Assembly (NCBI GenBank): GCA_029561175.1 | Contig: JAKQJL010000025.1 | Coordinates: 3,582-67,581, forward strand | Length of the DNA: 64,000 bases | DNA from: a bacterium | Lineage (GTDB): Bacteria > Patescibacteriota > Microgenomatia > UBA12405 | Direction of reading: 5' to 3' | In this document: positions 9,314 to 17,039 of the stretch, one piece after another | How positions within the stretch are numbered: position 1 is the first letter of the stretch | Layout of the letters: the number at the start of each line of letters is the position of its first letter | The notes under the pieces: model-generated | Database searches by the model: none | Told to the model about the DNA's origin: nothing | Seen by the model: the letters and a program-made list of their open reading frames with translations, nothing else | Made by a program: the position numbers and the translations under genes

Positions 9314-9883
9314 TTATATCCCCAAACATTCAAACAACCCTTTCATCTCTTCCCATCTTTTAAAACTTTCTTCGCCGTATTCTTTCATCTTTTCTTCAAT
9401 TTCTTCTGCTGTATGTTTTTTGCCACTTTTAGAAAAAAACTTGTCAGCATAAGCCACAATTATTTCTTCAGTTGTCACTGGCAAGTGATTTAAATCAGAA
9501 TTCAATCCTTTTTCAATTGCCTCTTCTCTTGAAAACCCAGTTCCTACATGGCTCAAACAAAATCTGGCTATTTTTTCATCTACCTCTTGGCTCTTTAACC
9601 ACCAATAACCATCCTCTCCATGGGTAACCGCTTTCCCTTTTTCTGTTTTAGTACTCAAACAGCCAATATCATGAACCATCGCTCCCGTATAAATTAGCTC
9701 TTCGTCTAATTTTATTCCTGTTTTGTTAGCATACAATTTAGCCAAAACTAAGGCATAATTAGCCACTTCTTGGCAGTGCCGGTAAACTACTTCTCTACCT
9801 CTTCCGTTTTTATCCCCCGCCAAATCATATAAATTATTTATTTTCATATCATTCGTTTTTCTATTTATTTCTCTTTCGTTCAT
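9314..9883 (-). CDS. HD-domain phosphohydrolase
   Basis: 189 aa. H...HD spacing (HCQEVANYAL...AMVHDIG) typical of HD/HDIG hydrolases. Confidence 0.55.
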   Translation of the reverse strand: MNEREINRKTNDMKINNLYDLAGDKNGRGREVVYRHCQEVANYALVLAKLYANKTGIKLDEELIYTGAMVHDIGCLSTKTEKGKAVTHGEDGYWWLKSQEVDEKIARFCLSHVGTGFSREEAIEKGLNSDLNHLPVTTEEIIVAYADKFFSKSGKKHTAEEIEEKMKEYGEESFKRWEEMKGLFECLGI

Positions 9884-9907
9884 ATCTTATTTTAACTTAT
9901 TTTGTCT

Positions 9908-9963
9908 TACGTATATCCTATATCGTATATCGAATTACGTTTTGTATTTTCTAATGTTAAAAT
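9908..9963 (+). promoter_or_regulatory. conserved upstream element of valS: 32-bp AT-rich imperfect palindrome TACGTATATCCTATATCGTATATCGAATTACG followed by box TCTAATGTTAAAAT
   Basis: A near-identical 32-mer is at 12623-12654, and the core TCGTATATCGAATTAC is at 13609-13624 and tandemly at 14776-14855. The TCTAATGTTAAA box also precedes trpS. Confidence 0.5.
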
Positions 9964-9973
9964 AATCACATTC

Positions 9974-12187
9974 ATGGATAAAACTTATCAGCCCAGCTCC
10001 GAAGAAAATATCTATCAGCTTTGGGAAAATTCAGGTGCCTTCACTCCCAAAATCGATCAATCTAAAACTCCTTTTACTGTAATTCTTCCTCCACCCAACG
10101 CCAACGAACCTCTTCATGCCGGCCATGCTCTCTTTACTGTCGAAGACATTATGGTTCGATATCACCGAATGTTAGGCGATCCTACTCTTTGGCTCCCTGG
10201 CACCGATCATGCCGGTATCGAAACCCAATTTGTTTTTGAAAAACATTTAAAAGCCGATGGCAAATCCCGTTTTGATTACGATCGCGACACTCTGTTTAAA
10301 TTAATTGCCGACTACGTCAACACCAATCGCGACATTGCCAAATCTCAAATGAAACGGCTCGGTTTTTCTCTCGACTGGACTCGTGAACGTTTCACTCTCG
10401 ACCCCGAACACAACGCTCGTGTCTTTGCTGTTTTCAAAAAAATGTCTCAAGATGGTCTAATCTATCGTGACGAAAAAATCGTTAATTACTGCACTTTTTG
10501 TGGCACCGCTTTTAGTAATCTTGAGGTCGTCCACAAAACTGTCGACTCTCATCTTTGGTATTTAAACTATGGCCCACTTGAAGTTGCCACCACTCGCCCC
10601 GAAACTATGTTAGGCGACACTGCCGTGGCCGTCAACCCCGCCGATCCTCGTTATCAAAAATTAATTGGTACTAAAATTAAACTTCCTTTAACCGATCGAG
10701 AAATTCCTATTATTGGGGAAGATTCTGTTGATCCCAAATTTGGCACTGGCGCCGTTAAAGTTACTCCTTCTCATTCTCCCGAAGACTATGACATGGCCAA
10801 AAAGCATGGCCTCGAATTTATTCGCATTTTCGATTACGATGGCCACAGCAACGACAATGTACCGCAGAAATACCGCAACCTTTTTCCCAACCAGCTTCGT
10901 CAAGCTGTCTTAGATGACCTTCAGCTTGCAGGATTGCTAACGAAAATAGACAATTATTCCCATGAAGTCGGACATTGTTACAAGTGTGGTCGCCCAATCG
11001 AGCCTATCACTGCTCCTCAGTGGTTTGTCAAAGTCGCTCCTTTAGCCCAAAAGGCCGCCGAAGTTGTTAAAGCCGATCAAGTCAAAATTTTCCCTACTCG
11101 TTTCAAAAAACAATTTTTAACTTGGATGAAAGATATTCGAGATTGGCCAATCTCTCGCCAAATTGTTTGGGGCCATCGCATTCCAGTTTGGTACAACTTA
11201 ACTGAAAATCCAAATATTCTAATCACTTATCTTGATCAAGATAAAAATATTATCACTAATTACGCTAAAAATTTAACAGAAAAATATTCAGAAGTTGCCG
11301 CTGGTTTACAAACTTTGCTTGCTCCCATCGGCGCAAAGTATTATTTTTCTAAAGAAGAAGCCTTAAAATCGAGTGAATTTGTTCTTCAAGAAACCGACAC
11401 TTTCGACACCTGGTTTAGCTCTGGCCAATGGCCCTATTCCACTCTTGGTTGGGATCCCAATGGCAATCATTCTCCCGATTTCAATTATTTCTATCCCACC
11501 TCAGTTCTCGATACCATGTGGGATATTCTCTTTTTCTGGGTGGCCCGGATGATTATGATGGGCATCTATGTTACCGGCGAAATTCCTTTTAAAGTGGCCC
11601 ACATGCATTCTCGAGTTCTCGACGGTAAAGGTCAAAAAATGTCCAAATCCAAAGGCAACACTATCAATCCAGTTACTATTGCTCAAAACTATGGTGCCGA
11701 TGCTCTTCGTTTGGCTCTAGTTATTGGTGTGGCTCCTGGTTCCGATATTGCCCTATCAGAGGATAAAATCAGAGCCCAGCGCAATTTTGTCAATAAAATC
11801 TGGAACGCCTCTCGTTTTGTCATGATGATTATCGACAAATATCCCGAGGCTGTTCTATCAGGGGGAGATTCAGATCCATTTTTCTCTAAGCTCAACTCTT
11901 TAATTGCTTCCACCACCAAAAACTTAAACACCTATCGTTTCGGTCAAGCCTCCGAAGATCTCTACACTTTCTTCTGGCATGAATTCTGTGATGTTTATAT
12001 CGAATCAATCAAAGACCGTGGTCCCGAGATTGTTTATCCTTTGGTCACCATTCTCACCACTCTCTTAAAATTAATTCATCCTTTTGCTCCTTTTGTCACC
12101 GAATCGGTTTATCAAGAACTCAACACCAAGTTGAAATTGCCACCATCAATGTTAATCACTTCACCTTGGCCCCATGAAATTCGCTAA
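9974..12187 (+). CDS. valS: valine--tRNA ligase (class I aaRS), short form
   Basis: PPPNANEPLHAGHA (HIGH-like) and KMSKSKGN (KMSKS), plus the editing-domain region. The ORF-track start at 9902 reads through the regulatory element; ATG at 9974 (MDKTYQ) is the likely start. Confidence 0.7.
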   Translation: MDKTYQPSSEENIYQLWENSGAFTPKIDQSKTPFTVILPPPNANEPLHAGHALFTVEDIMVRYHRMLGDPTLWLPGTDHAGIETQFVFEKHLKADGKSRFDYDRDTLFKLIADYVNTNRDIAKSQMKRLGFSLDWTRERFTLDPEHNARVFAVFKKMSQDGLIYRDEKIVNYCTFCGTAFSNLEVVHKTVDSHLWYLNYGPLEVATTRPETMLGDTAVAVNPADPRYQKLIGTKIKLPLTDREIPIIGEDSVDPKFGTGAVKVTPSHSPEDYDMAKKHGLEFIRIFDYDGHSNDNVPQKYRNLFPNQLRQAVLDDLQLAGLLTKIDNYSHEVGHCYKCGRPIEPITAPQWFVKVAPLAQKAAEVVKADQVKIFPTRFKKQFLTWMKDIRDWPISRQIVWGHRIPVWYNLTENPNILITYLDQDKNIITNYAKNLTEKYSEVAAGLQTLLAPIGAKYYFSKEEALKSSEFVLQETDTFDTWFSSGQWPYSTLGWDPNGNHSPDFNYFYPTSVLDTMWDILFFWVARMIMMGIYVTGEIPFKVAHMHSRVLDGKGQKMSKSKGNTINPVTIAQNYGADALRLALVIGVAPGSDIALSEDKIRAQRNFVNKIWNASRFVMMIIDKYPEAVLSGGDSDPFFSKLNSLIASTTKNLNTYRFGQASEDLYTFFWHEFCDVYIESIKDRGPEIVYPLVTILTTLLKLIHPFAPFVTESVYQELNTKLKLPPSMLITSPWPHEIR

Positions 12188-12617
12188 ACCCACTCTGCTG
12201 TTTATTTTAGTTTTAATACTACTAATTAATTTAGTTAGTTTTGCCAGAAACTACGACAAATACCGTCTAATGTCTTCAGTGCACACAATTTCGGCAGGGG
12301 AATCATATTATAGTCGGCTTCAACTTTGGTATCGTTTGGCATATTTAGGCAAATGGGATCAAGCTCAAAGTTTGGCTCAAAATCTAGTCTCTTCCGATTA
12401 TTCCAATTTTTATTTAAATCATCATCCTGTCGAATTAAAGAAGAACTTAAACCAGCTTGTTTTTAAACAAAATAAAACCGTCGAGGATTGGGCCGAATTA
12501 GCTCGTATTCAAATATCTCTCGGCAAAAAAACCGACGCCGTTAACTCTCTCAAATCAGCTCTCAATCTCGATCCTCTTCGTTCCGACCTTTCCCAAATCT
12601 ACTACTCTTTGAATTAA
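12174..12617 (+). CDS. hypothetical secreted TPR-like protein
   Basis: 147 aa. N-terminal signal/TM with a helical repeat-like composition; overlaps the valS stop by 14 nt. Confidence 0.35.
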   Translation: MKFAKPTLLFILVLILLINLVSFARNYDKYRLMSSVHTISAGESYYSRLQLWYRLAYLGKWDQAQSLAQNLVSSDYSNFYLNHHPVELKKNLNQLVFKQNKTVEDWAELARIQISLGKKTDAVNSLKSALNLDPLRSDLSQIYYSLN

Positions 12618-12622
12618 TAAAA

Positions 12623-12654
12623 TACGTATATCTTATATCGAATATCGTATTACG
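12623..12654. promoter_or_regulatory. second copy of the 32-bp AT-rich element, TACGTATATCTTATATCGAATATCGTATTACG
   Basis: About 27/32 identical to the valS-upstream copy. Lies between convergent genes and overlaps the rplY stop codon by 1 nt. Confidence 0.45.
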
Positions 12655-12655
12655 A

Positions 12656-13330
12656 CTAATTCTCTTCTTTCTTGGCTGCTTCAGCTGCGGCTTTTTCTTC
12701 TTCAGTCTTTTGGTTAGTTGCTGGAACATCGCCTGGAGCAACAGTTTCCTCAGCTACTTCCTCAACTTCTTCCTTAGCTTCTTCAAGCTTAACAATCACT
12801 TGATCCAAAGCAGTTTTAATTTCTACTTTAGCCGTATCAACCACCAAATCAGCTACTGTAATTACTGAATCAACATTTTCTAGTTTAGAAATATCAACTT
12901 CAATTTTCTCTGGTAAATCAGTTGGTAAAGCTTCAACTTCAATTTCATCGGTAACTGGAACTAAAATCAAGCCAGCCTTAACGCCAGAAGATTCTCCAAT
13001 CATTTCCAAGGGCACATAAGTTGAAATTTTTTCTTTCAAATTCACTTTGTAGCAGTCAATATGCATTAAATTGCCCCATAATGGGTGATATTGAGGATTT
13101 CGGAACAAAATTGGATAGCTATTTTCACCTACAATTAAATCCACCAAACCGGATTCACCAGCATGATCGTAAGTTTTAATTAAATCTTTTTCAATAATTT
13201 GAACCGAAATTGGTTCAAATTTGTGGCCGTAAACAGTCGCTGGCAATACGCCATCTCGACGCAATTGCTTAACTTTTCGGCCTTTAATATCTCTAATTTG
13301 AGCAGTTAATTTAGTATTTACTTTTGCCAT
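12656..13330 (-). CDS. rplY: 50S ribosomal protein L25 / general stress protein Ctc form
   Basis: 224 aa. MAKVNTKLTAQIRDIKGRKVKQLRRDGVLPATVYG is the L25 N-terminus; the Ctc-type beta-barrel extension and an acidic/Lys tail follow. Confidence 0.8.
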   Translation of the reverse strand: MAKVNTKLTAQIRDIKGRKVKQLRRDGVLPATVYGHKFEPISVQIIEKDLIKTYDHAGESGLVDLIVGENSYPILFRNPQYHPLWGNLMHIDCYKVNLKEKISTYVPLEMIGESSGVKAGLILVPVTDEIEVEALPTDLPEKIEVDISKLENVDSVITVADLVVDTAKVEIKTALDQVIVKLEEAKEEVEEVAEETVAPGDVPATNQKTEEEKAAAEAAKKEEN

Positions 13331-13406
13331 ATCTTCCTTTTTACCTAATTGCTTTCGTTTTCACTACGGCGTTCGGTCCTAATAATAGGGCTATTATAAC
13401 AGATAT

Positions 13407-13589
13407 CTATCGATTATTACCATTTAGTACCTTTTTACCTCTTTCTTGCTCTCTTTTTAGTTGCTGGGCTTTAGCTCTAGCTTCAGGAGTTTCTTGATGT
13501 CTATATATTCCTATAGGTTGTTTATTTTCTATTCCAACATCAAATTTTTTTCCACCAGATTCTATTATTGTCATGGCTGATTTTATCAA
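13407..13589 (-). CDS. small hypothetical protein
   Basis: 60 aa basic ORF upstream of rplY on the same strand; no recognisable domain. Confidence 0.25.
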   Translation of the reverse strand: MIKSAMTIIESGGKKFDVGIENKQPIGIYRHQETPEARAKAQQLKREQERGKKVLNGNNR

Positions 13590-13608
13590 AAAGTAATCAT
13601 TCTTACAA

Positions 13609-13643
13609 AATATTGTTTTCGTATATCGAATTACTTATATCTA
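13609..13643 (+). promoter_or_regulatory. trpS upstream element: TCGTATATCGAATTAC core plus TCTAATGTTAAACT box
   Basis: Both boxes are shared with the valS leader. The box ends about 15 nt before the likely trpS ATG (13659). Confidence 0.5.
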
Positions 13644-13658
13644 ATGTTAAACTCATCT

Positions 13659-14657
13659 ATGTCCAAACCTCGTATCCTTACCGGTGATCGTCCTACTGGC
13701 CCGCTTCATATCGGCCATTATTTTGGTGCTCTAAAAGATCGGGTTGCTCTTCAAGATAAATACGACACTTTTGTGATTATTGCCGATGTTCAGGCCTTAA
13801 CCGATAATTTTCTAACTCCTCAAAAAGTACGCGACAATGTTAAAGAAGTGGTTATGGATAATTTGGCCTCAGGTATCGATCCTCAAAAATCAACTATTTT
13901 TATTCAGTCAATGATTCCCGAAATTGCCGAGTTAACCGTTTATTATTCGAATCTAGTTACCGTTTCTCGTTTGGAACGCAATCCCACCACCAAAGAAGAA
14001 TTAAAACAAAAAGAAAAATTATTTAAAAACAATATTACCTATGGATTTTTAGGTTATCCAGTCAGCCAAGCTGCCGATATTACCGCTTTTAAAGCCGATT
14101 TAGTTCCAGTCGGAGAAGATCAGCTTCCCCATATCGAATTAGCTCGAGAAATTGCTAGAAAATTTAACGATATCTATGGCCAAGTTCTTGTCGAACCCAA
14201 AGCTAAAGTCAGCAATTTCCCTCGGGTCAAAGGTCTCGATGGCAACTCTAAAATGGGAAAAAGTTTAAATAATGCCATTTATCTTAGCGATTCTCCCGAC
14301 ACTATTCGTCAAAAAGTTAAAATGGCGTTTACCGATCCTCAAAAAATACGTCTAACCGATCCTGGCCATCCGGCTGATTGCATGGTTTATTACTATCATC
14401 AAATGTTTACCAATCCTTCCGATTTAAAAGTTATTGAATCAGAATGTCAAAGTGGTGCTCGTGGCTGTGTCGCTTGCAAAAATCAATTAGCCGATAACAT
14501 TATCGATTTTCTTTCTCCAATCCAACAAAAACGTCAATACTATCAATCTCATCCCGAAATTGTTGATCAAATCATCAAAGAGGGTACCGCCAAAGCCAAA
14601 CTGGTTGCTGCCGATACCCTCCGCCAGGTCAAAGAAAAAATGTTTTTAAATTATTAA
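13659..14657 (+). CDS. trpS: tryptophan--tRNA ligase (bacterial type)
   Basis: MSKPRILTGDRPTGPLHIGHY (HIGH) and KMGKSLNN (KMSKS variant), about 333 aa. The ORF-track ATG at 13644 lies within the conserved leader box; 13659 fits the TrpRS N-terminus. Confidence 0.8.
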   Translation: MSKPRILTGDRPTGPLHIGHYFGALKDRVALQDKYDTFVIIADVQALTDNFLTPQKVRDNVKEVVMDNLASGIDPQKSTIFIQSMIPEIAELTVYYSNLVTVSRLERNPTTKEELKQKEKLFKNNITYGFLGYPVSQAADITAFKADLVPVGEDQLPHIELAREIARKFNDIYGQVLVEPKAKVSNFPRVKGLDGNSKMGKSLNNAIYLSDSPDTIRQKVKMAFTDPQKIRLTDPGHPADCMVYYYHQMFTNPSDLKVIESECQSGARGCVACKNQLADNIIDFLSPIQQKRQYYQSHPEIVDQIIKEGTAKAKLVAADTLRQVKEKMFLNY

Positions 14658-14701
14658 TAATTGGCTTATTTTTGCTATAATCCAGAGTAATTGTGAAGTA
14701 T

Positions 14702-14775
14702 GGCAGGGTAGCTCAGTTGGTTAGAGCGTGGCATTCATAACGCCAAGGTCGCGGGTTCAAGTCCCGCCTCTGCTA
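14702..14775 (+). tRNA. tRNA with anticodon CAU (elongator Met or Ile2-lysidine type)
   Basis: Manual cloverleaf: acceptor GGCAGGG, D-arm GCTC/AGTTGGTTA/GAGC, anticodon loop TTCATAA, T-arm GCGGG/TTCAAGT/CCCGC. Two G-U pairs in the acceptor stem; no encoded CCA. Confidence 0.65.
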
Positions 14776-14855
14776 CGTATTCTTGTATTACGTATATCGT
14801 ATATCGAATTACGTATATCGCGTATTACGTATATCGAATATCGAATTGCGAATAT
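14776..14855. repeat. tandem array of the AT-rich TACGTATATCG(AAT) motif in the tRNA-tRNA spacer
   Basis: ...ATTACGTATATCGTATATCGAATTACGTATATCGCGTATTACGTATATCGAATATCGAATTGCG. At least 4 overlapping copies of the core shared with the valS and trpS leaders. Confidence 0.6.
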
Positions 14856-14929
14856 GGGCATGTAGCTCAGTTGGTTAGAGCACCGATCTTATAAGTCGGG
14901 GGTCCATGGTTCGAGTCCATGCATGCCTA
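14856..14929 (+). tRNA. tRNA-Ile with anticodon UAU
   Basis: Manual cloverleaf: acceptor GGGCATG/CATGCCT, D-arm GCTC/AGTTGGTTA/GAGC, anticodon stem CCGAT/GTCGG with loop CTTATAA (U33-UAU-A37), T-arm CATGG/TTCGAGT/CCATG. Confidence 0.6.
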
Positions 14930-15053
14930 CAAAATATCGAGAAAAAACAAAAAAGCCGTCAAATTAATGACGACCTTCTTGTGATAATGTAGGTGGTTAG
15001 ACTCGTAAAAAGAATTATCACAGCCTAACTCATAAATAATATCAAACAACATC

Positions 15054-15332
15054 TCACTTGTCCATATTATTCTTTAATATCTCAAACAAGTATTTTAATT
15101 GTTTTTTAATTACTCTCATTCCCATACTAGTTTTTAAATACTTTTCTCTAGCCTCTGCATCTTTTTTTAATAAATAAGCTTCATAGTAAATTAGTTTTAG
15201 TGGAACATAAGGTGCTGTTGAAAAATTTTTTCCTGAGTTATGTTCTAATAGTCTTCTTTTTAAGTCTGATGTTACCCCTTTGTATAGCCAATTACTTCGT
15301 TTTAATGATCGAAGAATATAAACATAATACAT
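15054..15332 (-). CDS. GIY-YIG nuclease family protein (small, standalone)
   Basis: 92 aa. MYYVYILRS...NWLYKGVTSDLKRRLLEHN is a textbook GIY-YIG module (UPF0213/YhbQ-like). Confidence 0.7.
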   Translation of the reverse strand: MYYVYILRSLKRSNWLYKGVTSDLKRRLLEHNSGKNFSTAPYVPLKLIYYEAYLLKKDAEAREKYLKTSMGMRVIKKQLKYLFEILKNNMDK

Positions 15333-15397
15333 AAATCAATCATATACCTTCGGGTTATTATGGTCGCTTCGCGCCCAGCAACCCGATGAGGACGAAA

Positions 15398-15426
15398 GAA
15401 AAAGCCGCAAAAAGCGGCCTTTTTCT
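15398..15426. terminator. bidirectional rho-independent terminator
   Basis: GCCGC-AAAAA-GCGGC hairpin flanked by an A-run upstream and a T-run downstream; sits downstream of the minus-strand tRNA. Confidence 0.5.
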
Positions 15427-15439
15427 TTAATGTCCTCAG

Positions 15440-15509
15440 TTGCGGGGCCGGGAGTTGAACCCGGCCTGTGAGATTATGAGCCTCACGTGCAGCCGTACAC
15501 TACCCCGCA
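15440..15509 (-). tRNA. tRNA with anticodon CAU (Met/Ile2 type), minus strand
   Basis: Reverse complement folds as acceptor TGCGGGG/CCCCGCA, D-arm GTGT/ACGGCT/GCAC, anticodon stem TGAGG/TCTCA with loop CTCATAA, T-arm CCGGG/TTCAACT/CCCGG. Short D-loop and variable loop, so the ends are approximate. Confidence 0.55.
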
Positions 15510-15526
15510 TATCGTTTCGAACTCTG

Positions 15527-15898
15527 CTATTCTATCACACTCTTTTGTTTAGTAAACAACTCCCACCATTTCAACCAATTTGGAATTGTTCTGTCTTCAA
15601 AAAATTTGTTTTCATTAGGGTCTTCTAACTCTTTTTTCGGGTATTCTACCCAAATATTATTTTCGTCTCCTAAACCATAAACACCTCTAAGAATGCGATA
15701 CTGATATTCATCCGATTTTTGGTACTCAATTAAAAACTTCAAGTTTTTTATCTTATCCTGAATTTCTTCTAATTCATTTTTAGTAATTAGCAAATTTTCT
15801 TCAGCCGCTTTTAATGAATCATACTGTATCCTCAAATTATTTACTGCCGATAATGCCATAAAACCAGCTACTAGCATTATTAAAATTTTTTTAATCAT
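15527..15898 (-). CDS. membrane-anchored coiled-coil protein, possible FtsB/DivIC-like septum formation initiator
   Basis: 123 aa. N-terminal TM, then a heptad-like coiled coil (NELEEIQDKIKNLKFLIEYQKSDEY) as in FtsB/DivIC. Confidence 0.35.
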   Translation of the reverse strand: MIKKILIMLVAGFMALSAVNNLRIQYDSLKAAEENLLITKNELEEIQDKIKNLKFLIEYQKSDEYQYRILRGVYGLGDENNIWVEYPKKELEDPNENKFFEDRTIPNWLKWWELFTKQKSVIE

Positions 15899-15961
15899 TT
15901 AATTGTATATTATCCTAAATTGTGTTACTATAAGCTACATTTTAGCTATCTTATATAAATT

Positions 15962-16828
15962 ATGTCAGATTTGAATCTAGAAAACGCTTTAGTTTCGTTT
16001 TCCGAAGCGCTTGCCAAAAAAGGTAAGTCAACTAATACTATTGTAGCCTACAAGGGCGACATTAATCAGCTTAACAATTTTTTAAAAACTCAAAAAGTTT
16101 CTTTAATCGATGAGATTAAATCAGATCACATTGAGTCTTTTAAAAAAGATTTGTTAAAAAACAATTACACTGCCAAATCAGTTTCTCGAAAATTAAATTC
16201 GATTAAAAACTTTTTTGCTTATCTTCTCGATCAAGGAATGACAAAAGCCGATCCTTCGGTCGAAGTCAAACATCCAAAATACGAGAACGATTTACCAAAA
16301 ATATTAAAACCAATTGAATACCGTTCACTTCGCGATGCTTGTCGTAATGATATTCGCGCCACCGCCATTGTTGAACTAATGCTTCAAGCTGGTTTGAGAA
16401 TTAAAGAAATTGAAAATTTAAAACTCGAAAATGTTGCCGACCATGAGGTCTATGTTGAAAGTTACGAAAGTCATTCCGAACGTTCAGTTCCTCTCAACAA
16501 TTCCGCTCGTACTGCCATTAAGCGTTATCTCGATGACACCAGAAAAGATTCAAAATCAAAAAACGTTTTTGTTACCAAAACCGGTCGTCGCTTATTAGCC
16601 CGTAATATTCGTTCATTACTTAATCGTTATTTCGATAAAGCCGATATTAAAGGTGTCAAAGTCAACGATTTACGCAACACTTTCATTGTCTACCAATTAA
16701 AATCTGGTGTCCCCATCGATGTGGTTTCCCAAGTTGTTGGTCACAAACGTATCTCTACTACCGAAAAATATTTGGAATTAATCGATTCCAAAGAAGAATC
16801 CAAAGGCATCAAACTTAAAGAATTATAA
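15962..16828 (+). CDS. tyrosine recombinase / phage-type integrase (XerC/XerD family)
   Basis: 288 aa. N-terminal SAM-like core-binding region (SVSRKLNSIKNFFAYL); catalytic residues spaced as R...H-x-x-R...Y (LRNTF..., GHKRISTTEKYLEL). Confidence 0.8.
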   Translation: MSDLNLENALVSFSEALAKKGKSTNTIVAYKGDINQLNNFLKTQKVSLIDEIKSDHIESFKKDLLKNNYTAKSVSRKLNSIKNFFAYLLDQGMTKADPSVEVKHPKYENDLPKILKPIEYRSLRDACRNDIRATAIVELMLQAGLRIKEIENLKLENVADHEVYVESYESHSERSVPLNNSARTAIKRYLDDTRKDSKSKNVFVTKTGRRLLARNIRSLLNRYFDKADIKGVKVNDLRNTFIVYQLKSGVPIDVVSQVVGHKRISTTEKYLELIDSKEESKGIKLKEL

Positions 16829-16832
16829 AACT

Positions 16833-17033
16833 ATGTTGGCTAATTACCCAGAAAATTGTCCAAAAGGCTATAGAGGCGAAACAAACGTAGCCTGTTTTGG
16901 AGTAAACATTTTAATATTTCCTCTTGGAGTTTGTTCAAGGTGTGATGTATATTGGCAGAATCTTGATAAAAGAGTATTTGAAAGACATAAAGAAGCAGTA
17001 AGAACATCTCAACCAACTGAAAAAACTGATTAA
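16833..17033 (+). CDS. small Cys-containing hypothetical protein
   Basis: 66 aa with 5 Cys; starts 5 nt after the recombinase stop. No known domain; could be spurious. Confidence 0.25.
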   Translation: MLANYPENCPKGYRGETNVACFGVNILIFPLGVCSRCDVYWQNLDKRVFERHKEAVRTSQPTEKTD

Positions 17034-17039
17034 AATAAG

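Noticed and set aside
9902-9973. N-terminal extension of valS in the ORF track (MSYVYPISYIELRFVFSNVKIITF)
   Set aside because: It is the translation of the AT-rich palindromic element and TCTAATGTTAAA box. The conserved ValRS sequence starts at MDKTYQ (9974). The same happens for trpS (13644 versus 13659).
14951-15025. Inverted repeat TTGTGATAAT...ATTATCACAG and a CGTCA/TGACG hairpin after the second tRNA as a possible terminator or attachment site
   Set aside because: The stems are short, AT-rich and separated by a 25-nt loop without a following T-run. That is too weak to call, and it is noted only as possible.
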